A stretch of DNA of 64,000 bases from Nitrospirota bacterium. Lineage in GTDB: Bacteria; Nitrospirota; UBA9217. The notes below the pieces were generated by a model. That model had not been told where the DNA came from. It worked only from the letters and a program-made list of their open reading frames with translations, and made no database searches. Made by a program: the position numbers and the translations under genes. Positions within the stretch are counted from its first letter, which is position 1; each line of letters starts with the position of its first letter. The stretch is taken from contig CAWFSF010000002.1 in assembly GCA_963818475.1 (NCBI GenBank), positions 480,001 through 544,000 of the forward strand, written 5' to 3'. Positions 29,549 to 41,212 of the stretch are shown one piece after another.

Positions 29549-31350
29549 CTACTCCGTGCTCGTACCCGACTTGCCGGGGATTTTCCTTCCCGGTCTCCTG
29601 CTCAGTTCCAGCTGTTCTTCGCTCAGCCGGACAAATTCCGCGCGGTCGCCGCGGGCAGCGGCTTCCTGGATCGCCTTTATGAGCAACTTCATTTTCTTTT
29701 CCGGGTCTTTTTGCTTGATGACCTCTACACAATCCTGAAACGATTTCGCCGGATCGTCGTAGACCATATCCAGCACGGCATAATGGGAGATGAGGCTCTT
29801 CAACTCCTCGTCCTCGTCCCGCAGCAGGGCGCCGGTATCCAGTTTCCCCTGCTCCCCCAGCATCGTGAAGATGCGTTCGGCCACGCGCTGGAACAACGGG
29901 TCGGTAAAATCACGGGGCTCGATCCGGTCCTTCAGGCTCCGCGCGATCTCCTCGTCCTTCAGCATCAGATGGATCAGGATCTCCTCCGCCCGGGGCCGTC
30001 GCCGTCCCGCCGAATGCGCGACCGGAACGTTTCCGCCAGCCGGCGCCGAGTGCGGTTTCAGCGTCTGCTTCGGCATCTCCTGCCGGAGCACGGTCTCGTC
30101 CAGCTCGAGGATCTCCGCCGTTTTCTTGAGGTAGTGGTCGCGCTCGATCCCGCTCGGCAACCGGGAGATATACGAGAGCATCTCCTCCGCTTTTTCGACC
30201 TTCTCATCGATGCTGCGGCTGGGGCTGCTCTTCACCACCTGCTCGATCACGAAGTCCATGAACTTGGATGACTCGCGCAGCCGGGCGGCAAAGGCCTCCT
30301 GGCCCTGCTTCTGCAGGAACGTGTCCGGGTCGTCACCGCCCGGCAGGGACACCACGTTCACCTTCATGCTGCTTGATACAAACAGATCGAATCCCCGGAG
30401 CGAGGCCTTTACGCCGGCCGGATCGGGGTCGAAGATCAGCACGAGCTTGTCGGCGAACCTCCGCATCAGGCGGAGATGCCCGTCGGTAAGCGCCGTTCCG
30501 AGCGTTGCCACGGCGTTCCGGATGCCGTACTGGTGGCAGGCGATCGCATCAAGGTAGCCTTCGACGATGATGAAGTATCCCTGCTTGCGGCCGTGGTCCT
30601 TGGCCATGTCCAGTCCGTACAGAACGTGGCTCTTGCTGTACAGCGCTGTTTCCGACGAGTTCAGATATTTGGGCAGGGAGTCGTCCATCACCCTGCCGCC
30701 GAAGGCGATCACCTGACCGGTCATATCGCGGATCGGGAAAATGATCCTGCCGCGGAACCGGTCGTAGTATCCCTCACCCTCGCTCCGCTTGACCACCAGC
30801 CCGGCCCGCTCCATCTGAGCAGGCGTGTAGTTCCGCTGTTTCAGATGCTTCAGCAGGCCGTCCCATTCAGGCCGCACGTAGCCGAGCGCGAACTCCCTGA
30901 TGACCGCGTCGCTCACGCCGCGCTTCCTGAGATACTCCCGCGCTGCGCTTCCGGCGGGGCCTTCCAGCTCTTTTTTGAAGTACTCTGCGGCCTCGGCGAC
31001 GATCTTGAGGAGCGTCTTTTTCTCGTCCTCGGACCTTTGTCTTGTCGGTGGTCCCGGGTATCCTGCGGCAGCGTGATGCCGGAGCGTGCCGCCAGGGTCT
31101 TGATCGCTTCAGGAAAATTAAGCCCTTCCTGCAGCTCCACAAACTTGAAAACGTCTCCGCCCACGCCGCATCCGAAACAATGAAAGATCTGTTTTTCCGT
31201 GTTCACGTTGAACGACGGGGTCTTTTCCGAATGAAAGGGGCAGAGGCCCAGCCAGTTCTTGCCCGTCTTCTTGAGCGCGACGTATCCTGAAATCAGATCG
31301 TAGACATTGATGCTGTCCCGTACCCGCCGTATGACATCCTCGGAATACAT
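29549..31350 (-). CDS. dnaG: DNA primase (frameshift near 31020)
   Basis: [11 protein letters not shown]...CFGC zinc finger, [35 protein letters not shown]. Confidence 0.95.
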
Positions 31351-31351
31351 C

Positions 31352-33735
31352 TTATTTCTTCAGCTCCACAACAGTGACGCCGGCGCCGCCTTCGGCGGGC
31401 TCGCCCGCCCGCGTTGCCGCGACCAGGGGGTGATGCTTCAAATAACCGGTCATGGCGGTCTTGAGCGCCCCGGTCCCCAGTCCATGGATGATGGTCACCA
31501 CAGACAGGCCGCTGAGCCCCACCCGGTCAAGGTATCGATCTACCTCGGCAAGCGCCTCATCCACGCGAAGACCGAGAAGGTTCAGCCGGTCCGGCGCCTG
31601 CTCCAGTTCGTGAAGGTCCGCACTCCATCCCGGTGCTGCAGCCTTTCGCGACCGTCCCTCGCTCACCGGGAACCACCTCTTCCGCCGAGATCTTCAGCGT
31701 CTTCCCGTCGAGCTCGATCTCCAGAACGCCATGCTGGACGCTCAGAACCGTGCCGCTCCTGGCGAGGCGGGGGACTTTGACCTGGTCGCCGGGATGCACG
31801 TCCTGCATGCCGCCAGACGGTACGCGTCTCTGCTCAACCTGCTCAGGCTCGAGCGTGCGCACAAGGGATTCGATGTCCGAGCGGACGTTCTTGATCCCGG
31901 CCTGCTCCAGAACCCTCACGTTCGAAAGTTCCCTGAGCTTCTGCCGCATCAGCGCAAGGACGTCCCGGGCCTCCTGGTGCGCCTTGGCTCTGACCGCGCG
32001 GGCTTCTTCTTTTGCCGCCTGCAGCACGGCGACCGTCTCGCCCTGCTGCTGCCGGACCGATGCGAGGTCCCTGGCAAGGATATCCCGTTCGCTCTCGAGC
32101 CGCTGCGTGTCCTGCTCCACCTGGCGCAGCAGCGTTTCGAGCCGGGCGTCGTCCTCACTGAGCCGGGCGCGCGCACGCGTGATCACGGCGTCCGGTATAC
32201 CGAGCCGGGCCGCCATATCCAGCCCGTAGCTTCTGCCCGGCCTGCCCGGCGTCAGGCGATAGGTGGGCTGCAAGGTCGCCGGGTCGAACTCCATGGCCGC
32301 ATTCACCGCGCCGCCGGTCTCTGCCCCAAAGAGCTTCAGTGCATTCTGGTGCGTCGTGACCATGGTGACGCATCCCCGTTCGATCAGGCTTTCGAGCACT
32401 GCCGCGCCGAGGCCGGCTCCCTCGGCCGGATCAGTGCCCGAGCCGAGCTCGTCGAGAAGCACCAGGGAATGCTCGTCTGCCAGCCGAAGGATCTCGGCGA
32501 TCTGGCTCACGTGGGACGAAAAGGTGCTCAGGTTCTGCTCCAGGCTCTGCTCATCGCCGATATCGGCAAAGAACGAGCCGAAGCAGGGAAGCTCGCTTCC
32601 CTCTGCTGCGGTAACGGGCAGGCCGGCCTGCGCCATGAGGCAGAGAACGCCTACGGTCTTCAGGACCGCTGTTTTTCCGCCGGCATTGGGACCGCTCAGG
32701 ATAAGGACCCGGGCATCCCTGTTGATCACAATGTCGTTCGGCTGGATCTTGTTCGCACCACCCGCGGTTTTCGCCTTCCAGAGAAGCAGCGGATGCCGCG
32801 CTGAGCGGAGCCGGACGTCACCCTGTGCCGACACCGCCGGAACAGCGGCCCCGTATTCGATGCCGAAGCGTGCGCGGGCAGCGATCGCATCGATCGCCGC
32901 GAGCGCGCCGGTCATGGCCTCGATCCGTTCAACCTCCTGCGCAAGCATAGCCGGTCAGTTCCCGCAGGATGCGCTCCACCTCTTCTCGTTCTTCCATGCG
33001 AAGTTCGGCAAGGCGGTTGTTCTGCTCCAGCACTTCAAGCGGTTCGACAAAAAGCGTGGACCGTGAACCCGATTGTCCATGCACCACGCCCTTGATGCTC
33101 TGCCGGAAGTTCGGCCTGAGCGGGAGCACATAGCGGTCGTCCCGCATCGTGATCACCGGCTCCTGCACGACCTTCTGAAAGGATCCGTCCTGCAGAATGC
33201 CGGACAGGCGGCCCAGGATATCGTCGCGCATCCTGCTGATCTGTTTCCGCACCCTGCGGAGCGCGGGGCTGGCCGAATCCTTGACCTCCGCCTTCTCATC
33301 AATGGCGTTTGCGATCGCGTCTTCGATCTGCGGCAGCGGCTGGATGACCGCGGCGCGGGCACGGAGCAGGGGAACGCCCTGACGCGCCAGGCCGCCCTTC
33401 TCTCCGATACGTTCGAAAAAAGCTTTGAGCCGCCTGCCGGCACCGAGCGTTTTTGCGATCTCCAGCAGCTCCAGCGGCGCGAGCGTCATACCGCTTACAC
33501 GGAGCTTGGCGACCGCTGCACCGACGTCCAGGATCCCGTCAAGCGGCAGGTTCTCTCCGCTCATGAACAACCCGGTGCATTCCTGCGTTTCCTGAAGCCG
33601 CTCCGCCACAACGGCTGCTGACAGCGCCGGCAGCAATTCGGAAACAGCGGCCCGGCCGGGCTCCGATGCGGCAAAACCTGCCACCAGGCTCCGCACCTTG
33701 TCATACTCCAGGACCTTCAGGGTATGTTCGTTCAT
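31352..33735 (-). CDS. mutS2: Endonuclease MutS2 (frameshifts near 32940 and 31640)
   Basis: LKVLEY, SGPNAGGKT, DIGDEQSLEQNLSTFSSH, LDELGSGTDP, C-terminal Smr IIHGLGTGAL. Confidence 0.93.
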
Positions 33736-34722
33736 AAACCGTAACAACAAACGCAACCGGTCATGCTGACCGCTTGATACCGCTTGAAACCGGAACACTC
33801 GACGACTTGCAGCGGCTCGCTGGCCTCGAGCTTATCGAGCAGCAGGTTCAGGCCGAGCGTATCGCTCGATATGTGTCCTGCGATCACCACGCGAAGATGG
33901 TGTTTCTCAGCCTCTTTCCGGTGGTCTTCGGGCAGATGCATTGCAACGAGGGTCCCGACGCCGGACTGCACAAGCTTCTCGATGGTCTCTTTGGAGCCTG
34001 AGGTGCCGCCGGTCATTTTCACAAAGATCCTGCCCGTTCGCTGCTCATCGGAGCCCACCAGAATTCGGGGGCCGGCATTGTTCCTGCCGGCTTCCTGGTA
34101 TTCCGGGATATCCTTCAAAAGTTTCAGTACGTCCTTTAACCGCTGCGGCGACGTGCGGTCGAAGAGCTGCTGCAGATAACTCGACACCAGATTGTCGGCC
34201 GGTGTATGGATGCAGCAATAGGGAATATCGAGCAACCGCGCCGCATCAACAGGCCGGGTGTGGTTCACCGGCAACAGGCTCCGCTCGACTTCCTTCATCC
34301 TGCTGTTCAACTGGTCCTCGGCAACGTTGATCGGCACGCCGAAACGGTTCAGGATATCGGCCTGCATCTTCATTACTTCGTAGAAATTGGCATAGGCGCG
34401 GCCTTCAGGGTGATGGGCGAGAACAAGGTCGATACCGGCGCCCTTCTCATTCAGCCGGTCGGCAAGGAGCAGTTCCGGTGATTCGATGTCGATCCCGACC
34501 AGGAGGTTCCGCACCTGTTGGTCCGGTCTGCCGTGCAGGACCCTGCTGTCGGCATAGGGATTGGTAAGCTGCTCAGGATCAAAGGAGGCCTGCTCGTCGG
34601 GTTTAAGCTCGTCAAATGAGACCCGCTTTTCATGCAGCTCCTGCTCAACAGCTGCCCTGCCCTCGGGGGTCGGCGTCTATACCATGCTGGATCGCAGAAT
34701 TGAACAGTTCCTGAAGCGTCAC
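33732..34722 (-). CDS. NIF3 (NGG1p-interacting factor 3)-like metal-binding protein (frameshift near 34665)
   Basis: NPYADSR, VGIDI, AHHPEG, HTPADN, MTGGT, IAGHISSDTLGLN. Confidence 0.88.
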
Positions 34723-34816
34723 TGCCGGGACTCCTAAAAAAAATCAGGGGGCCTGGTCCTTATGGCCCCCTGTTCAGCCTTATCGTAGAATGCAGCTCGC
34801 TCCGGCAAACAGGCCT

Positions 34817-35260
34817 TTAACCCAGTGCACTTTTTACCAGCTCGCTCACCAGTTTACCGTCAGCACGGCCGCCCACCATGGGGATCAGGGCTTTCATGAC
34901 CTTGCCCATATCCCTGCTGCCCTGGGCCCCGGACTGGGTGATGGCCTCACGGACCAGACGCTCCAGCTCTTCGCGCGACAACTGCTGCGGAAGATACACC
35001 TCAAGGAACGCGATCTCCGCGGTCTCCTTGTCAACGAGGTCCTGTCGCCCGCCCTTGGCGAATTGCTCGACAGAGTCTCTCCGCTGTTTGATCAGCGAAC
35101 GTACGGCTTCAAGCACTTCGTCCTCGGTCAGCGGTCCCCGCTTGTCGATCTGCCTGTTCTTAAGGGCAGCGCTCAACATGCGGAGCGTTGAAACCTTTTC
35201 CTTTGCTCCTGCTTTGAGGGCACCCTTTGTGTCTGCGTCGATCTGCTCCCGTAAACCCAT
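34817..35260 (-). CDS. yqeY: GatB/YqeY domain protein
   Basis: KQRRDSVEQFAKGGRQDL, YLPQQLS, DMGKVM, GRADGK. Confidence 0.93.
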   Translation of the reverse strand: MGLREQIDADTKGALKAGAKEKVSTLRMLSAALKNRQIDKRGPLTEDEVLEAVRSLIKQRRDSVEQFAKGGRQDLVDKETAEIAFLEVYLPQQLSREELERLVREAITQSGAQGSRDMGKVMKALIPMVGGRADGKLVSELVKSALG

Positions 35261-35315
35261 CCGGTCCCCTCCTGGCACTTCTTCTTTGCATGAACAACAA
35301 GAGTAGTTGTCCGCG

Positions 35316-35516
35316 TTAACTTTGTCTGAACACACGTGCTGTCTTCGCTGCCTTCTTGCGTGCAGCTATCGCTTTTTTCTTCTTTTTTACGCTGGGCTTC
35401 TCGTAATGCTCTCTTTTCTTGACCTCGGAAAGAACACCCTCTTTTTCAATGCTCTTCTTGAACCTTCTCAGAGCGACTTCAAAAGGCTCATTGTCACGTA
35501 ATCGTATGCTCGGCAC
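35316..35516 (-). CDS. rpsU: 30S ribosomal protein S21
   Basis: [20 protein letters not shown]. Confidence 0.96.
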   Translation of the reverse strand: MPSIRLRDNEPFEVALRRFKKSIEKEGVLSEVKKREHYEKPSVKKKKKAIAARKKAAKTARVFRQS

Positions 35517-35752
35517 CCTTGCTACACCCCCCTCCTAACACATCTTATTGATTTAACTATAATTATGAATGTCCACCAGTGCGGATAGACCAGCATGAAA
35601 ATTTCCTAAAACAGCTAAACCGCTCATCAAGGCGAAGAGCGGCATAATCATTAAAATTAACAAGTCCATCGATGAATGTCAAGAGAAATTTTCTTTAATT
35701 TCGACAGGTTGTCGGCTGCTTTCCCCCGTGGATCGGATGCGGTAAAAATGCG

Positions 35753-36958
35753 TCAACTCCGATACGCGGCGTTGATCTTAATATACTCGTTTGACAGGTC
35801 GCAGGTCCATATCGTTGATTCGGCCTTGCCCTTATGCAGATCAATGGTTATCTGCACCTCCCGCTGTTTCAGCGCCAGTGCAGCCTCGCGGTCGGCGGCC
35901 TTGCCCTGCCCCAGCCCCTTCTCTACGAGTTTGGCCTTCCCGATCGAGATGTCGGTGCGGCTTTCGTCCATGTCCACGCCGGAGTAGCCGAGCGCAGCCA
36001 TGATCCTGCCCCAGTTCGCATCTTCCCCGAAGAGGGCGGTCTTGACGAGGCTCGATTTTGCCACGGTAACGGCAGCGCGCTTTGCCTCTGCCGGGTTCTT
36101 CGCTCCCCGCACCACGATCTCTACGAACTTGGTCGCGCCTTCACCGTCGCGGACCACCTGTCGCGCAAGCGATCTGGTCACGGCATCGAGGCAGGCCTGG
36201 AATTTATTCTGTTCCTTGGTGCCGGCAGCAATTCTCTTGTTCTCGGCCGCGCCATTTGCCATGCAGAGGATCATGTCGTTGGTGCTCGTGTCGCCATCGA
36301 CGGTAATGCTGTTGAATGACGTTTCCACTGATGAAAGCAGGCACTTTTTGAGCAGGGGCGAGGCAATGTTCGCGTCCGTCATGATGAAACAGAGCATCGT
36401 TGCCATATCCGGGTGGATCATGCCCGAGCCTTTGGCAATACCGGCAACCGTGATGGTCTTGCCGCCGATCTCCTCCTGCACGATCGAGAGCTTCGGATAG
36501 AGGTCGGTGGTCATGATCGCTTCGGCGGTCTGCTCCCAGCCCGCAGGCGAGAGCAGCCCGGCGGCGGTCACGATGCCGGACTCAAGCTTCGGCATGGGCA
36601 GAAACTCGCCGATCACGCCGGTCGACGCAACGTAAACTGATTCGGGCCTGACGCCGAGTTCCCGTGCAGCGATGTCCGCCGTGGTGCGCGCATCGGCCAG
36701 GCCTCGTTTTCCGGTGCAGGCATTGGCACAACCGCTGTTGGCCACAATGACCTGGCCCTTGCCCGACTTTACCTTTGCGGCATCGAGCAGCACACAGGCA
36801 GCTTTGACGCGGTTCTTCGTGAACACCCCGGCCACGGCAGCCTCACGGTCTGAATAGATGAGCGCCAGGTCCTTTTTGTCGGTCTTCTTGATGCCGCAGT
36901 GGATGCCCCAGGCCTTAAAGCCGGGTACGGAAAAGCTTTTTGTATCCAGAGTCCTCAT
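35753..36958 (-). CDS. argJ: Ornithine acetyltransferase ArgJ
   Basis: NSGCANACTG, STGVIG, IMTTD, KGSGMIHPDMATML, DGDTSTND, DGEGATK. Confidence 0.97.
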   Translation of the reverse strand: MRTLDTKSFSVPGFKAWGIHCGIKKTDKKDLALIYSDREAAVAGVFTKNRVKAACVLLDAAKVKSGKGQVIVANSGCANACTGKRGLADARTTADIAARELGVRPESVYVASTGVIGEFLPMPKLESGIVTAAGLLSPAGWEQTAEAIMTTDLYPKLSIVQEEIGGKTITVAGIAKGSGMIHPDMATMLCFIMTDANIASPLLKKCLLSSVETSFNSITVDGDTSTNDMILCMANGAAENKRIAAGTKEQNKFQACLDAVTRSLARQVVRDGEGATKFVEIVVRGAKNPAEAKRAAVTVAKSSLVKTALFGEDANWGRIMAALGYSGVDMDESRTDISIGKAKLVEKGLGQGKAADREAALALKQREVQITIDLHKGKAESTIWTCDLSNEYIKINAAYRS

Positions 36959-37000
36959 CGTTCTACCCCTGTCAGAAGAATAAGCGGATCTGTCCTGTAC

Positions 37001-38053
37001 TTACGGAAAGAGTCCGGCGTTGGCGAGGCCTGTTGTTTCTTCGAACGCCATCATCAGGTTCATGTTCTGTACCGCCTGGCCCGCAGCCCCCTTGACGAGG
37101 TTGTCGATGGCCGAGACCACTACCGCGCGTCCGGTGCGGGGGTCGGCAGTGACGCCGATATCGCAGAAGTTCGATCCGCGCACGTTCCGCACATTGGGCT
37201 GCTGCCCCAGCGGCAGCACGCGGACAAAGGGTTCCTGCTGATAGAATTCCCGGTAGCGCTCATGGAGCATCGCCGTGTCCGTGTTGTCCTTCAGCCGGGC
37301 ATAGATGGTCGTCAGGATCCCGCGGTTCATCGGAATAAGGTGCGGCGTGAACGACACCGTCACCGGCTGACCCGCAAGCGCGCTCAGCTCCTGCTCGATC
37401 TCCGGCGTATGACGATGCGTGCCGATCTTATATGCCATCAGCCCCTCGTTCGCCTCCGGATAATGATAGGCAAGCGCAGGACTTCGTCCTGCCCCGGTGA
37501 CGCCGGATTTTGAATCGATGATGATGCTCGTGAGGTCCGCCATGCCCTGCTTGATGAGCGGCGCAAGCCCCAGGATCGCGCTCGTGGGATAGCATCCGGG
37601 GTTGGCGATGAGCGAGGCTTTTTTGATCTGTTCCCGCCGCAGCTCCGGCAATCCATAGACCGCCTGCTTCAGCAGCTCGGGGTACTGGTGGCCGTGCTCA
37701 TACCACTGCTCATAGACCGCCGGATCTGCAAGCCGGTAATCCGCAGAAAGGTCAACGACCTTCGTGCCGAGCACCCGGAATTTGTTCGCCGCATCCTGGG
37801 CCGTCACGTGCGGGAGAGCGAGGAAGACCAGCTCGGCCTTCTTCGCCAGAACGGCAGGGTCCAGGGGCTCGCAAACAAGCTTGGTCAAGCCGGCCAGGTG
37901 GGGGAAAATAACAGTGATCGGCTGGCCTGCGGACCGTTCGGACGTAATGGCGGTCACCGTTACGTTCGGATGGCTGAGGAGGATCCGCATGAGCTCCCCA
38001 CCCGTGTATCCGCTCGAACCGACGATAGCCACGCTTAATTTTTCTTTACCCAT
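37001..38053 (-). CDS. argC: N-acetyl-gamma-glutamyl-phosphate reductase
   Basis: GSSGYTG, DLSADYR, ANPGCYPT, SGVTGAGR, HRHTPEI, IDNLVKGAAGQA. Confidence 0.97.
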   Translation of the reverse strand: MGKEKLSVAIVGSSGYTGGELMRILLSHPNVTVTAITSERSAGQPITVIFPHLAGLTKLVCEPLDPAVLAKKAELVFLALPHVTAQDAANKFRVLGTKVVDLSADYRLADPAVYEQWYEHGHQYPELLKQAVYGLPELRREQIKKASLIANPGCYPTSAILGLAPLIKQGMADLTSIIIDSKSGVTGAGRSPALAYHYPEANEGLMAYKIGTHRHTPEIEQELSALAGQPVTVSFTPHLIPMNRGILTTIYARLKDNTDTAMLHERYREFYQQEPFVRVLPLGQQPNVRNVRGSNFCDIGVTADPRTGRAVVVSAIDNLVKGAAGQAVQNMNLMMAFEETTGLANAGLFP

Positions 38054-38173
38054 GAGCAGCACCTGACTTGAGGCCCCGCGTTTCCGCCGGGCAAAATAAA
38101 AGGGAAGGCATCTCTACCTTCCCTTGCATCGAAACAGGATATGCAACATATACAGCAGTAGGTATAGGATCCC

Positions 38174-38575
38174 TTATCTCTTCGAGAACTGGAACCGTGC
38201 CCGTGCGCCCTTTTGACCGTACTTTTTGCGCTCTTTCGATCTCGGGTCGCGGGTCAGGAGGCCTTCCTTGCGCAGCTTGCCCCTCGACTCTTCGTCGATC
38301 GTGAGCAGCGCCTTGGAGATGCCGTGCCTGATGGCGCCGGCCTGTCCGGAATTGCCGCCGCCGAGCACGCTGACGAGCACATCGTACTTGTCGATCGTGC
38401 CGGTCACTTCAAAGGGCTGGCGAATAATCATCTTGAGCACGTCCCGGCCGAAATACTGGTCAATGGACTTCTCATTGATGGTTATCTTGCCGTTGCCGGG
38501 CATCATCCACACCCGGGCGATTGAATTTTTCCGTTTTCCTGTCGCGTAAAATCTCGATACTGTCGCAGCTGACAT
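38174..38575 (-). CDS. rpsI: 30S ribosomal protein S9
   Basis: [27 protein letters not shown]. Confidence 0.98.
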   Translation of the reverse strand: MSAATVSRFYATGKRKNSIARVWMMPGNGKITINEKSIDQYFGRDVLKMIIRQPFEVTGTIDKYDVLVSVLGGGNSGQAGAIRHGISKALLTIDEESRGKLRKEGLLTRDPRSKERKKYGQKGARARFQFSKR

Positions 38576-38605
38576 CAAACTTCCTCCTCAATGATACCGC
38601 GTACT

Positions 38606-39040
38606 CTATGCCTCAATCTTCATCGCTGCCGGCTGCTGCGCATCGTGCGGATGGGTTTCACCGGCATACACTTTCAGCTTGGTCATCATCTGCTTGCCCA
38701 ACTGCGTCTTCGGCAGCATGCCCTCAACGGCCTTGGTGATCACATCCTCGGGCTTCGTCTTCAGAAGCGTCCCGGCATTGATTGACTTCAGGCCGCCCGG
38801 ATATCCCGAATGATGGTAATACATCTTCTGGTCAAGCTTCCTGCCCGTCAGATGCACCTTGTCCGCGTTCACGACGATCACAAAATCGCCGGTGTCAACA
38901 TGCTTGGTATAGATCGGCTTGGTCTTGCCTTTCAATACCGAAGCAATTACCGTCGCCAGCCTGCCGAGGGTCTTGCCCTTGGCATCGACGACAAACCATT
39001 TTCTGACGATATCTTCTTTTTTTGCCGAGTACGTACCCAT
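38606..39040 (-). CDS. rplM: 50S ribosomal protein L13
   Basis: [36 protein letters not shown]. Confidence 0.98.
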   Translation of the reverse strand: MGTYSAKKEDIVRKWFVVDAKGKTLGRLATVIASVLKGKTKPIYTKHVDTGDFVIVVNADKVHLTGRKLDQKMYYHHSGYPGGLKSINAGTLLKTKPEDVITKAVEGMLPKTQLGKQMMTKLKVYAGETHPHDAQQPAAMKIEA

Positions 39041-39254
39041 AATTCCCGCCTTGCTTGTTAAGGTGTAGTTTTTTTAAGAATTGCGAATATAAACAAATTC
39101 ACCAGGTTTGTCAAGCATTTTATATAGCCACTGCCCACAGAGGCATAATTAGCCAAGTGCAGCCTGCTCGACATTTTTCCAAAAACCCTTATAAATTATA
39201 ACGTTACACACCTTCCGAGCAGTTGGACATGCCATGAAGGGTATTAAAAAAACA

Positions 39255-39284
39255 ACAAGGCAGCGAGATTCCTCGCTGCCTTGT
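39255..39284 (-). terminator. Terminator hairpin after the two small membrane genes
   Basis: ACAAGGCAGCGAG-ATTC-CTCGCTGCCTTGT, T-rich on the minus strand. Confidence 0.7.
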
Positions 39285-39325
39285 AGCGCCTTGTAATCTG
39301 TATCAGGGTATCGGGCCCTCTGCTA

Positions 39326-39643
39326 CTACACCGTTTCAGACGCTTCTTTTTTCTCCCTCATCGCTGCAGGGGCTGCGACAATAGAGCCCATCAGCGTGCC
39401 AAGCAGACCGCCGACCACAATGCTCACCGTGGCTGCGCAGGCGATGCCGACCCCGATCCCCATCACAATGGCCGCGCGCACAAAGAGCGTGGGCTCAACG
39501 GTACCACCCATAACCTTCTGGAGCAGGATGAGTGTCCCAAAGCTGCCGAAATAGAACCCGGGAACGATCCCGGCCACGAGGAATACCAGCCCTCCCACTG
39601 TTGCACCTATTTTCATTCCTGTTTTTACTGTCTCGTTCTTCAT
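39326..39643 (-). CDS. Small Gly-rich membrane protein (paralog B)
   Basis: GATVGGLVFLVAGIVPGFYFGS...; AAAGGAG RBS; similar to the upstream gene. Confidence 0.8.
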   Translation of the reverse strand: MKNETVKTGMKIGATVGGLVFLVAGIVPGFYFGSFGTLILLQKVMGGTVEPTLFVRAAIVMGIGVGIACAATVSIVVGGLLGTLMGSIVAAPAAMREKKEASETV

Positions 39644-39693
39644 GATCCGATCTCCTTTCATCCGCAGCTGTCGTGTTTTATTATGACGTATTT

Positions 39694-40017
39694 TTATTTG
39701 TGAGCGGTCTTGCCTGATGCAGCTGCCTCTTTGGCGTGCATTCCTGATTCAAGCACCTTGCCTGCGATCCAGCCGACCGTCGATGTGGCCGTCACGATCA
39801 CGATACCGGCGACCAGAACCCCGATAAGCATGGAGGCCAGAACGATTATCCGGGACAGGAGGCCTGGCTCAAGAGGAAGACCGAAAAGCCATCCTGCGAT
39901 ATTGATCCCCATGGCACCACCCAACAGGCTGCCAGGCAGGAGTCCGAACAATGCGAACAGTACCATTCCTGCACCCGCCCCAAGGTATGCTGTTTTTCTT
40001 GCTATTGTGGTTTTCAT
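39694..40017 (-). CDS. Small Gly-rich membrane protein (paralog A)
   Basis: GAGAGMVLFALFGLLPGSLLGG...; AAGGAGG RBS. Confidence 0.82.
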   Translation of the reverse strand: MKTTIARKTAYLGAGAGMVLFALFGLLPGSLLGGAMGINIAGWLFGLPLEPGLLSRIIVLASMLIGVLVAGIVIVTATSTVGWIAGKVLESGMHAKEAAASGKTAHK

Positions 40018-40056
40018 AATGATTTTCCTCCTTTTCATTCGGCTTTGATTAGTATT

Positions 40057-40092
40057 TTGCATCAACTGTGCCAACCACGAAACATATTGATT
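40057..40092 (-). promoter_or_regulatory. sigma54 (-24/-12) promoter with adjacent IHF-like site
   Basis: Minus strand TGGCACAGTTGATGCAA (40057-40073); AATCAATATGTTT (40080-40092) resembles WATCAANNNNTTR. Confidence 0.7.
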
Positions 40093-40284
40093 TAATTACG
40101 ATTCATCTCCATCTACCATTTGCAGATATGAGAAAAGGACAGGAGCGTTATTACTATTGCGAATAAAATTATCCGTCCTTTTTGCCGCCTATCAAGCTTT
40201 GTGTAACTGACCAGCAGATTTTTCTTGTATTGCTCACGAACCTGTGCTATTTTATGGGTCGCCCTTTTAGGGCATATTCTAAAT

Positions 40285-40366
40285 CCGCACGCGCCAGGAC
40301 CTGCAGGCAGATGTCCCGGACCCAACGTCGGGTCTGCCCGGGGATGATCGGCGCGGAGGCAAAACA
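40285..40366 (+). promoter_or_regulatory. rpsB leader (t44/S2-leader-like structured RNA)
   Basis: CCGCACGCGCC ... GGCGCGGAGGCAAAAC pairing and ends immediately upstream of rpsB. Confidence 0.6.
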
Positions 40367-40377
40367 GGAGGGACACA

Positions 40378-41166
40378 ATGTCCGCAATCACGATGAAGGA
40401 GCTGTTGGAAGCAGGAGTGCATTTCGGCCACCAGGCAAAACGGTGGAATCCCAAGATGAAGAAGTACATCTTCGGTGAGCGCAACGGGATCTATATCATC
40501 GATCTCCAGAAAACGCTCAAGTTGTTCAAAGAGGCGAATGATTTCGTTCGTACTGCCGCCTCCCAGGGAAAGGACGTCCTGTTCGTGGGGACGAAGAAGC
40601 AGGCCCAGGACGCCATCACCGAGGAGGCGAAGCGCTGCGGCATGTACTATATATCCAGCCGCTGGCTCGGCGGCATGCTGACGAACTTCGCAACCATCAA
40701 GAAGAGCATTGACCGCCTCAAGAAGATCGAAAAGATGAAAGAGGACGGCACCTACGAAAAGCTGACCAAGAAAGAGGTCGCCGGCCTTGAAAAGGAACGC
40801 ATCAAGATGGAAAAGATCCTGTCGGGCATCAAGACCATGCCGGATATTCCGTCAGTGATCTTCATCATCGACCCCCGCAAAGAGGCGATCGCCGTTCACG
40901 AGGCGAACAAGCTCGGCATTACGGTCGTGGCCGTAGTGGACACGAACTGCGATCCCGATAATATCGACTACGTCATACCGGGCAACGACGACGCCATTCG
41001 CGCCATCCGCCTGATGGCTTCAAAGATGGCTGATGCCGTGATCGAAGGCAGGCAGGCGATCGCCAAGGAAGCCGGCCAGGCCATGGAGGCCGCAAAGGCT
41101 GCGGGCGTTACCCAGGCAGAAGGAATGCCCGAGGCCGCTGTTGCCGAGCCGGACGTCGCAGAGTAG
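40378..41166 (+). CDS. rpsB: 30S ribosomal protein S2
   Basis: [39 protein letters not shown]. Confidence 0.98.
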   Translation: MSAITMKELLEAGVHFGHQAKRWNPKMKKYIFGERNGIYIIDLQKTLKLFKEANDFVRTAASQGKDVLFVGTKKQAQDAITEEAKRCGMYYISSRWLGGMLTNFATIKKSIDRLKKIEKMKEDGTYEKLTKKEVAGLEKERIKMEKILSGIKTMPDIPSVIFIIDPRKEAIAVHEANKLGITVVAVVDTNCDPDNIDYVIPGNDDAIRAIRLMASKMADAVIEGRQAIAKEAGQAMEAAKAAGVTQAEGMPEAAVAEPDVAE

Positions 41167-41212
41167 GTGTAAGAACACAACAAAAGTACAGGTAGAAGGG
41201 AGTATTTCCAGC

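Noticed and set aside
29487-29732. N-terminal extension of RpoD overlapping dnaG
   Set aside because: The ORF caller chose an upstream start; a good RBS precedes the ATG at 29486.
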